DNA from: an uncultured Verrucomicrobia subdivision 3 bacterium
GTDB taxonomy: Bacteria; Verrucomicrobiota; Verrucomicrobiia; Limisphaerales; UBA11358
DNA length: 64,000 nucleotides
Assembly: GCA_903895255.1 (NCBI GenBank)
Contig: CAITTG010000027.1
Location: 30,991-94,990 of the forward strand
Reading direction: 5' to 3'
Made by a program: the position numbers and the translations under genes. Positions 56,217 through 63,562 of the stretch are shown here, in pieces. Numbering within the stretch: position 1 is the first letter of the stretch; every line of letters begins with the position of its first letter. The notes beneath the pieces are model-generated. The model was not told where the DNA came from. It did no database searches and saw only the letters and a list, made by a program, of their open reading frames with translations.

Positions 56217-57416
56217 TTAGAGCAAATGCCCCATCTTCTCGCGCTTGGTTTTTAAATATTTCGCATTGTGCGGGTTGGGGCTGATCTTAATCGGCACTTG
56301 CTGGGTGATTTTCAGGCCGTAACCTTCCAGTCCCACCAGTTTCTTGGGATTATTCGTCAGCAACCGGATGGTTTTGATGCCCAAGTCCACGAGAATTTGG
56401 GCACCCATGCCATATTCGCGCAGGTCCATGCTGTAGCCCAATTTTTCATTGGCTTCGACGGTGTCGTAGCCCTCCTCCTGCAATTTGTAGGCCTTGATTT
56501 TGGGGGCCAGGCCAATGCCCCGGCCTTCCTGCCGCATATAAACAATGACACCGCAGCCGGCCTCGGCGACCTGCCGCATGGCCTGATGCAATTGCGGACC
56601 GCAGTCGCAGCGGCGCGAGCCAAACACATCACCGGTGAGACATTCGCTATGGACGCGGACGAGCACGTTTTTCTGGCCGGCCACGTCGCCACGGATCAGG
56701 GCCAGATGATGCTGGCCATCAAGTTTGGATCGATAAAGCGCGAGGTCGAAATCGCCATAATCGGTCGGCATTTTGACGGTTTCGACGCGTTCCACGAGTT
56801 TCTCGCGGGTACGGCGGTACTCGATCAAATCCGCGATAGTGGCGATGCGCAATTTATGTTTGCGGGCGAATTTCAGCAACTCGGGCAACCGGGCCATGGT
56901 GCCGTCGTCGTTCATGATCTCACAGATGACGCCGACGGGGCGGCAGCCGGCGAGGACGATCAAATCCACGGCGGCCTCGGTGTGGCCGGAGCGCTGCAAC
57001 ACGCCCCCGGGGCGGGCGCGCAGGGGAAAGACATGGCCCGGGGCGACGAGGTCCTCGGGTTTGGCGGAGGGGCTGGCCATGACTTGAATGGTGCGGGCGC
57101 GGTCGGGCGCGCTGATACCGCTGGAGATGCCTTTGGTGGCATCCACACTTACTTGAAAGTCGGTGCGAAAGCTTTCGCGGTTTTCTTTCACCATGCGGCC
57201 GATGCCCAATTGCTCCAGGCGCTCGCCGGTGGTGGGGACGCAGATGAGGCCGCGGCCGAGTTTGGCCATGAAATTCACGGCGGCGGGTTTCACGAACTGG
57301 GCGGCCATGACGAGGTCGCCCTCATTTTCGCGGTCTTCGTCATCGACAACGATGACCATTTTTCCCAAGCGGAGGTCGGCAATGACGGACTCAATAGTAT
57401 CAAACGTTTTTTTCAT
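56217..57416 (-). CDS. ribBA: Bifunctional 3,4-dihydroxy-2-butanone-4-phosphate synthase / GTP cyclohydrolase II
   Basis: [20 protein letters not shown] (DHBP synthase) and [28 protein letters not shown] (GTP cyclohydrolase II). Confidence 0.9.
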   Translation of the reverse strand: MKKTFDTIESVIADLRLGKMVIVVDDEDRENEGDLVMAAQFVKPAAVNFMAKLGRGLICVPTTGERLEQLGIGRMVKENRESFRTDFQVSVDATKGISSGISAPDRARTIQVMASPSAKPEDLVAPGHVFPLRARPGGVLQRSGHTEAAVDLIVLAGCRPVGVICEIMNDDGTMARLPELLKFARKHKLRIATIADLIEYRRTREKLVERVETVKMPTDYGDFDLALYRSKLDGQHHLALIRGDVAGQKNVLVRVHSECLTGDVFGSRRCDCGPQLHQAMRQVAEAGCGVIVYMRQEGRGIGLAPKIKAYKLQEEGYDTVEANEKLGYSMDLREYGMGAQILVDLGIKTIRLLTNNPKKLVGLEGYGLKITQQVPIKISPNPHNAKYLKTKREKMGHLL

Positions 57417-57468
57417 CGAACGGGTACAAGCTAAACTGGGGCGGCGTAAATGTCACTGGGGAAGGATG

Positions 57469-57503
57469 TCCAAAGTCCAAAGTCCAAGGTCCAAGGTCTA
57501 AAG
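57469..57503. repeat. Tandem heptamer array TCCAARG x5
   Basis: tccaaag tccaaag tccaagg tccaagg tctaaag, then tcc. Confidence 0.85.
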
Positions 57504-57696
57504 TCCGTCAACTTGGGCACCCCTTGAAGAAACTTGACGGATGGGGTGGATTTTTATTTTTAAGATGCTCTCTATTAATGCTTTGTTTCAATTTTAGGCG
57601 GTTTAATGGGGGTTGACGGAGGGACATAGCATTTAGGAGCCGGAAGCCCGGAGGCAGAAGTTCGCAGCCCGGGCACCCCTTCGCCGAAAAAATTTT

Positions 57697-57746
57697 CACC
57701 TTGAATCACCTTGAATCACCTTGAATAGCCTTGAATGACCTTGAAT
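57697..57746. repeat. Tandem decamer array (NNCCTTGAAT) x5
   Basis: caccttgaat x3, then agccttgaat, then gaccttgaat. Exact 10-nt phasing. Confidence 0.9.
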
Positions 57747-57814
57747 AGGCGGGGGGCGCGGGGCTTGAGCCGCGAGGCAGCGTAAACACCATGGGTCTGG
57801 CCGCCGGGCGGGCG

Positions 57815-57939
57815 GGTTATGTCAAAGATCTTTCGTAATTGCCACCATACGCCAATAGCGCTGCGGATGGGATGGCGGACGGTTTTGCTGGAGGCCCAAG
57901 CCATTATGGACCTGGGCGCAAAGGCCTGAGCTACTCACA
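57815..57939. repeat. Copy B of the element bounded by GGTTATGTCAAAGA ... GCTACTCACA
   Basis: Same 14-nt left and 10-nt right termini as copy A (33766-33868). Interior partly alignable (CTGGG..AAGG.CT.. before the right end; GCCATCC and ATTGG.G words on the reverse strand). Confidence 0.6.
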
Positions 57940-58080
57940 TATTGTATCATCGGGCGATGAGTTGTCAAATGAGAAAAAGTAGCAAAACGCCAAACACGCG
58001 GGTGTGAATAAGCCTAAAAACGAAATATCCCAGTGAAAGAGGGGAATTTGAATGGAAATGAAAGATCTCCGATGTTCAAG

Positions 58081-58257
58081 GTCTAAGCCGGAACCATGCA
58101 ATAGAAACGCAGTGTTTGCTTGGTCTTTTTGCGTAAGGACTGCGTCGCGAGGCGCTTCCAGATCCATAAAGGATATGCTACGCGCCTCACTCCTTGCCTT
58201 ACCCAAAAATCCGCTGCGCAACCACTTGCATTTCTATTGCATGGTTCCGGCTAAGGT
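58081..58257. mobile_element. MITE-like ~177-nt imperfect palindrome
   Basis: Perfect 22-bp inverted repeat AGCCGGAACCATGCAATAGAAA (58086-58107) / TTTCTATTGCATGGTTCCGGCT (58231-58252). Inner arms are also largely complementary (TTTTTGCGTAAGG/CCTTACCCAAAAA, GAGGCGC/GCGCCTC). Flanked by GTTCAAGG (58074-58081) and GTTCAAAG (58256-58263). Confidence 0.55.
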
Positions 58258-58346
58258 TCAAAGTCTAGTGGGTAATGCAAACCGTCGCCTTCGCCACAGC
58301 CTCGCCAAAACCTAAAAATCATCGCTCCGTACGGCGACATTATTTG

Positions 58347-59204
58347 TTAATACGCTCCGGGGGTGACGATGAGGAGCCGGGGTCGTTGGGTATAGTCGTT
58401 TTGGATGGATGCAATGTGCCAGTTATGTGGTTCGAACACCTTGCGAAGCGCGGGGGCCTGGCCGTCGCCGAATTCGAGCATGAGCTGGCCGCCGGGGCGG
58501 AGGTGGCGGGCGGCCTGGCGGGCGAGCAGTTCGTAGAAGCGCAGGCCGTCGGGGCCGCCATCGAGGGCGCTGGCGGGGTCGAAATCACGGACTTCGGGGT
58601 CGAGGGTGGGGATTTCGGCGGAGGGGATGTAGGGAGGGTTGCTGATGATCAGGTCGAAGGTGGCGGCCGGCGGCAAGGGCGCAAAGGCGTCGCCATGGAG
58701 GAATTGGAGGCGGTCGGAGACCTGGTGGCGGGCGGCGTTGGCGCTGGCGACTTCGAGGGCGGCTGCGGAAATATCGAGGGCGGTGAGCCGGGCGGCGGGA
58801 CATTTCAGGGCGAGGGCGATGGCGAGGCAGCCGGTGCCGGTACCGAAGTCGAGGGCGGAGGCGGGCGCGGGGCGGGTGGCGAGGAAGGTCCAGCCGGCCT
58901 CGGCGAGAAGTTCGGTTTCGGGCCGGGGGACGAGGACGTGGCGGTTGACGGTCATTTCGTAGCCGCAAAAGCTGGTGGAGCCGGTGATGTGCTGGAGGGG
59001 TTCGCGGAGGCTGCGGCGCTTGATGAGTTCACGAAACTGGCCGGTTTCGCCGGCGGTGAGAACGCGCTCGAAGTTGAGGTACAATTTCATGCGGGGGAGC
59101 TGCAGGAGATGGGCGAGGAGCAGCTCGGTTTGCAGGCGCGGGGACTCGACGCCTTTTTTGGCGAGGAAATCGGTGCTTTTTTGGATGGCTTCGAGGACGG
59201 TCAC
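58347..59204 (-). CDS. prmC: Release-factor glutamine N5-methyltransferase PrmC (HemK)
   Basis: LDFGTGTGCLAIALA SAM motif and IISNPPYIP catalytic NPPY motif. Confidence 0.9.
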   Translation of the reverse strand: MTVLEAIQKSTDFLAKKGVESPRLQTELLLAHLLQLPRMKLYLNFERVLTAGETGQFRELIKRRSLREPLQHITGSTSFCGYEMTVNRHVLVPRPETELLAEAGWTFLATRPAPASALDFGTGTGCLAIALALKCPAARLTALDISAAALEVASANAARHQVSDRLQFLHGDAFAPLPPAATFDLIISNPPYIPSAEIPTLDPEVRDFDPASALDGGPDGLRFYELLARQAARHLRPGGQLMLEFGDGQAPALRKVFEPHNWHIASIQNDYTQRPRLLIVTPGAY

Positions 59205-59240
59205 GGGAGCAGGCTAAGGGGGGAGGGCGAAAGGGGAAAG

Positions 59241-59270
59241 CACCAAACTCCAACCTCCAAGCTCCAGAGC
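59241..59270. repeat. CTCCAA-type low-complexity tract between prmC and cas9
   Basis: caccaaactccaacctccaagctccagagc. Shares TCCAAGCTCCAGAG with 44436-44451. Confidence 0.6.
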
Positions 59271-59439
59271 CGGGCACCCCCCGGCGGGGGCTGGTACTAT
59301 AGCATCAGGCGCTGAGTTTTCAAGGGGAGTTTGTTGCCGCCCCAAAACTGGGGGAGCCAATGGCACCAAATAATTTAAAAGGTTGCGCGTGTATAGTTTA
59401 GGCCTAGTATGCTAATGTAAAAGACTCGTAAGGAATACT

Positions 59440-62400
59440 ATGAATGGAGAAATTGCGGGGCAAAAGGATTCTTTCACTGAAGGACTGGTTTTTGGTTTTG
59501 ATGTGGGCACCGGGTCGATTGGCTATGCCGTCCGGCGCGGCTCAGAATTTCTGGATGTGGGAGTGTTGATTTGCGACAGCGAAGGCAGCGATCTAAGCAA
59601 ACGCCGGGATCTCCGCCGACAACGCCGCACGCTGCGCAGTCGCCAAGGCCGCCGTCGCTGGTTCGCTGGGGAATTGGTCAAGCTCGGACTGCCAAAACCG
59701 CCCATCCCCCCCAACGACCCGATTTCGCTCCGACTTCGGGCCCTCAAGGGAGAGGTATTGAAACCGGAGGAACTTCATGCCGCTCTGACTCATCTATTCA
59801 AGCGGCGCGGTTACAGCAAAGTGCCTTGGGCGAATGCGGAAAGAGCCGCACGGGATGCAAATAAGCCCAAGAAAGACGACGAAGAGGGGGTGATTAAGCA
59901 AGCTGTTGAAGGAATCCGTAAAGAGCTGGACGAAACGAAGTGCCAGTTTCCCTGCCAACTTCTGGATGTGCGACGCAAGAAGGCTGGTCAAAGCCCGACG
60001 AAAGAATGGGGGCGCAAAATATACTGGCCGCGCGAATTGCTGGAAAAAGAATTGCGTGGAATTGCAGCAGCCCAAAAGGAAAGATTTCCAGAATTAGCCG
60101 ATAAAACTGACTGGTTGCTCTACGGAGACTCTCAAGCGCAACTCAAGGGTGAGGAAACTTACCACGTCTTTTTCAAGGCCTCCCAAGCCAGAAATCCCGG
60201 CGTACTGGGGCTGCGTTGGCCTCGTTTTGACAATCGCGGTCCAGCCTTGGATTCTCTGCAACCAGTGGATGAACAAGGCCGCCCCTTGCATGTGGTGCGT
60301 AAAAACAAAGAAGCCTTTACAAAGGCACAGTGGGAACTGGCGCTGATGAATTTCCGCGTGCTGGATGCCAGCACAAGGCAGAAGCGCGACCCGCGCATTG
60401 ATTTCCCCGTTTTCATTGAAAATCTTCGCAATGAGTGGAACAAAAAGGGGAAAATCACGGAAGCCCGGTTGAAAAAACTGGCCGAGCCATTCAAGGCGAA
60501 ATTCTTGCTGATTGAGGATCAAAAACCGCTGACCCCTGAGACTGGCGCCGGTCGAGCCAGATATTCGTCGCCAACCCTGGAGCTTATCCGAAAAGAGATA
60601 GGCGAAGGCCGGCGAGTTGACCCGCCCCAGCCGATTTTGCGGCGCAAAGGCGAAAGTGCCGAGCAAGCCTTGAACCGTTACCTGGCCGACATCAAACATC
60701 CATTGGTACGACATCGCCTGGTTTTGTTCCGGAGACTGCTAATGCAACTCGTTGCACGTTTCGGCCAACCAGACATGATTGTGCTTGAGTCGGTGCGCAC
60801 ACTTGCCCTTGGCCAGAAGGCCAAAAATGAACTCAATCACCGCAACGAATTATTCCGCAAGGAGCGTGAAAATGCGCGCGAACAACTTGCTTCAAATAAT
60901 GAATCCTTTTCCCGGAAAGCCATTCAGCGCTACCGGCTCTGGCAGGAAGCCAAAGGCCGTTGTCCCTTTTGCCTGCAAACCATTGAGCAGACGGATTTGG
61001 GCCATGGAGCGGACATTGAACACCTAGTTCCCCGCTCTGCGGTGGATTGCAACGAGTTTTACAACCTCACCGTGGCGCATATAAAATGCAACCGCGAACT
61101 GAAAGGTGACCGCACTCCGCTTGCGGCCTTTCGAGGCACGTCACAATGGGAAGGTTTAAAAGCCAACGCCGAACTTTGTTTTCGCGGACGCAAATTGGAA
61201 ATCTTCTTGAGTCCAAATGCCGAAGAATTGATTGAGCAGAAATCCGATCTTCAGCACACGGCATACATTGCCCGGGTCATCCGCCATATTTCATTAATTC
61301 AACTCGGCTGGCTGAGCAGCGAGGGACGCGATCCAACGCCCGAAAAGCAGAATCCTGCTTTGAGCTTCCAAGTCACGAATGGCCAGCTTACGAGCCGGCT
61401 TCGCAAATCTTGGGGTTTGAACCAAATTTTGCATCCGCTTCCCCCAGGCAAGCGCTGGGATGATTTAACCGAGGCAGAACAACAACAATTCACGGAAAAG
61501 AACCGAGGCGATTTGCGACACCACGCTCTCGATGCGATGGTGATTGCCTGTACTCTTCCCTGGCTGGCACATCGAACCCATGGCGCGAAGGATATTTTCG
61601 GGCGGCATGGCTGGTGGACTCAGGACGAGAAGCAACGCAGCAAGGCCGCGAATCCACTTTTCCCGAAAGAAGGCCAGATGCATGAGGTGGTCAAAAATGA
61701 AATCGAAAAGGTCACCGTGAGGCATCACGTCTCACGGAGCAATCATCAGCGGACTTATGACACGACCATTTATGGTCGGCCAAAATTAAACGGCGCTCAA
61801 ATTCCAGATTGCTATGTTTCACGCGAGCCCATCACCGCATTGAAACCAGCTGATTTGAAATCGCAAAAAACAGGTAAATCAAAAATTTTTCCGCCACTTC
61901 TCGGAGATTATTTGGCCATGGCCTGGGCCACATATTGCGATTCAGAGCCGAATTGGGAAGAGCAACTTAAAGCTAATAAAGGCCGCCTTCCAGAAGCGTT
62001 TCAAGAAAAACTCTGTTTTTCTGATTTTCAACGGTGGCGGGCTGATGAAGCACCGTCATTTCGTTGGCCCGAAAAAATTGTAATCCCCATCAAAAGGGTT
62101 GGATATATAGGTGTGGAAGATGATAGCGCCGTTGCGCCAGCCAGTCCCGGCACACACGGATATGTCGCTCGTGGAAGCTTTCGCGAAGTGCGGTTACACC
62201 CGGCTGAGGACGGCAAGGCACTCGTGCCGGTCTTCGTACCGATGTGGCGATTGGACAAACCGATTCCAAAGGCTCCAATCAATCCTCATTCCGAACCAAT
62301 AGTAACAATACGACGCGGACAAATTGTAGAAATTAAAAATTCGCCTGGTCGCAACACCCCTTTAGGCAAGTATCGTGTAGCTTCTACGATGCAGCAAAAC

Positions 62401-62571
62401 ATCAAACTCCTGCCAGTGCATTTGGCGGACCAAAAGGCCTCATTGAAGGCCTCCGGATATTTAGAAAACGGTGTGAATATCAGTTGGGATACTTTCATCA
62501 AATCAGCGGGTTATGAGCTACCACATCCTCCATCTGTTAAGCCACAACCTGCGGGTGCGGCTGAAGCTTGA
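59440..62571 (+). CDS. cas9: Cas9 endonuclease, compact type II-C-like (1043 aa), catalytic motifs intact
   Basis: RuvC-I GFDVGTGSIGYAV (D21), Arg-rich bridge helix RRDLRRQRRTLRSRQGRRRW, RuvC-II IVLESVR, HNH DIEHLVPRS...NLTVAHIKCN..K (H528), RuvC-III LRHHALDAMVIA (H695/D698). AGGA 5 nt upstream of the ATG. Confidence 0.9.
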   Translation: MNGEIAGQKDSFTEGLVFGFDVGTGSIGYAVRRGSEFLDVGVLICDSEGSDLSKRRDLRRQRRTLRSRQGRRRWFAGELVKLGLPKPPIPPNDPISLRLRALKGEVLKPEELHAALTHLFKRRGYSKVPWANAERAARDANKPKKDDEEGVIKQAVEGIRKELDETKCQFPCQLLDVRRKKAGQSPTKEWGRKIYWPRELLEKELRGIAAAQKERFPELADKTDWLLYGDSQAQLKGEETYHVFFKASQARNPGVLGLRWPRFDNRGPALDSLQPVDEQGRPLHVVRKNKEAFTKAQWELALMNFRVLDASTRQKRDPRIDFPVFIENLRNEWNKKGKITEARLKKLAEPFKAKFLLIEDQKPLTPETGAGRARYSSPTLELIRKEIGEGRRVDPPQPILRRKGESAEQALNRYLADIKHPLVRHRLVLFRRLLMQLVARFGQPDMIVLESVRTLALGQKAKNELNHRNELFRKERENAREQLASNNESFSRKAIQRYRLWQEAKGRCPFCLQTIEQTDLGHGADIEHLVPRSAVDCNEFYNLTVAHIKCNRELKGDRTPLAAFRGTSQWEGLKANAELCFRGRKLEIFLSPNAEELIEQKSDLQHTAYIARVIRHISLIQLGWLSSEGRDPTPEKQNPALSFQVTNGQLTSRLRKSWGLNQILHPLPPGKRWDDLTEAEQQQFTEKNRGDLRHHALDAMVIACTLPWLAHRTHGAKDIFGRHGWWTQDEKQRSKAANPLFPKEGQMHEVVKNEIEKVTVRHHVSRSNHQRTYDTTIYGRPKLNGAQIPDCYVSREPITALKPADLKSQKTGKSKIFPPLLGDYLAMAWATYCDSEPNWEEQLKANKGRLPEAFQEKLCFSDFQRWRADEAPSFRWPEKIVIPIKRVGYIGVEDDSAVAPASPGTHGYVARGSFREVRLHPAEDGKALVPVFVPMWRLDKPIPKAPINPHSEPIVTIRRGQIVEIKNSPGRNTPLGKYRVASTMQQNIKLLPVHLADQKASLKASGYLENGVNISWDTFIKSAGYELPHPPSVKPQPAGAAEA

Positions 62572-63562
62572 CCAGCTTCATATCAGCGACCTGGACAGCG
62601 GCGCGGATAAATCCGTGCCGCTGGCGGATGTCGCGGCAATCGTTTGCGCTGCGCGGGACACGGAGTTTTCCGCCAGCTCGCTGCGGCGCATGGCGGAATT
62701 GAATGTGCTGCTGCTCATTTGCAATGAGAAGTTTGAACCCTGCGCCATCACCCTGCCCTACTACCGCCCCACCAACACCGAATTGCTCCGCCGCCAGATC
62801 GAGTGGACGCCCGAATGGAAAACGGCGATGTGGCGGCAGATCATCACGGCCAAGGTTCGCAACCAGGCCGCCAATCTAGCCCATTTGAAACGGGCGCATG
62901 CGGTGCTGACGGAGATTGCCAACCGGTGCGAGAAGCCAGCCTCCACGGGAGACGACGTGAAGAATCTCACTTCAAATCCGGGAATTGATCAGAGACTCGT
63001 CACCTCGTCTCCTACCATAATAAAACCCAGCCTGGCCACGCTCACTGCGTCCAAGCGCGCGGCGTTTCTTTCCGATGCACCGGATGCCAGTGAGTCGCGG
63101 GCGGCGCGACATTATTGGAAACATTTGCTGCCGCGGCTGAGTGAATGGCAGCAGACGGACGAGAAAAACCGGGTGCCGGGCACGCGGGAGGGGGTCAATG
63201 GCATGCTGGATTATGGCTATGCCATTTTGCGGACGGCCGTCCTGCGCTCACTCGCCGCGCATGGTTTCATCGCCGCCATCGGCATCGCCCACACGGCCAA
63301 AGCTGGCAGCTTTGCGCTGGCGGATGATGTCATGGAACCCTTGCGTCCGTGGATTGACCGCGAGTTGCGGTTGTTTCTGCAAGGTGGCCCTCGTCCCATG
63401 CAGGAATGGATGCGCCAGTCGGTCAGCGTGTTGCAACTGGAGGTTTCCATGAACCGGAGCAAGCTGCGGCTGCTGAATGCCGTGGATGTTTACGTGCAAA
63501 GCTTTGCGGATGCCGCGCTGGCCCGCACCCCGTTCCCGCTCAAAATTCCAATGCTGCCGTGA
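62513..63562 (+). CDS. cas1: Cas1 integrase (type II-like) with an internal ~40-50-aa insertion
   Basis: ITAKVRNQAANL, ESRAARHYW, NGMLDYGYAILR, IGIAHT......LADDVMEPLRP blocks. The start lies 59 nt inside the 3' end of cas9. Confidence 0.85.
   Translation: MSYHILHLLSHNLRVRLKLDQLHISDLDSGADKSVPLADVAAIVCAARDTEFSASSLRRMAELNVLLLICNEKFEPCAITLPYYRPTNTELLRRQIEWTPEWKTAMWRQIITAKVRNQAANLAHLKRAHAVLTEIANRCEKPASTGDDVKNLTSNPGIDQRLVTSSPTIIKPSLATLTASKRAAFLSDAPDASESRAARHYWKHLLPRLSEWQQTDEKNRVPGTREGVNGMLDYGYAILRTAVLRSLAAHGFIAAIGIAHTAKAGSFALADDVMEPLRPWIDRELRLFLQGGPRPMQEWMRQSVSVLQLEVSMNRSKLRLLNAVDVYVQSFADAALARTPFPLKIPMLP

Noticed and set aside
57417-57700. Expected FMN (RFN) riboswitch upstream of ribBA
   Set aside because: Reading the minus strand, I cannot find the conserved FMN-aptamer blocks. 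The leader instead consists of the heptamer array and a simple hairpin (CCGTCAA...TTGACGG). A covariance-model scan would be needed to be certain.
57460-57750. Tandem repeats near cas9 considered as a degenerate CRISPR array
   Set aside because: The units are 7 and 10 nt, directly abutting with no spacers. This is incompatible with CRISPR repeat-spacer architecture.
58052-58315. 87-aa plus-strand ORF and the 96-aa minus-strand ORF (57931-58221) in the AT-rich gap
   Set aside because: Both span the long palindrome, so each is partly the mirror of the other. They have no RBS, unlikely composition and no motifs.
59205-59439. tracrRNA in the prmC-cas9 spacer
   Set aside because: It contains only short GC hairpins (CCCCC-ggc-GGGGG, CCCC-aaaact-GGGG) with no U-tract on either strand. 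Without the CRISPR repeat, which is off-window, an anti-repeat cannot be identified. A sigma70-like TTGCGC-N16-TAGTAT at 59383-59410 more likely just drives cas9.
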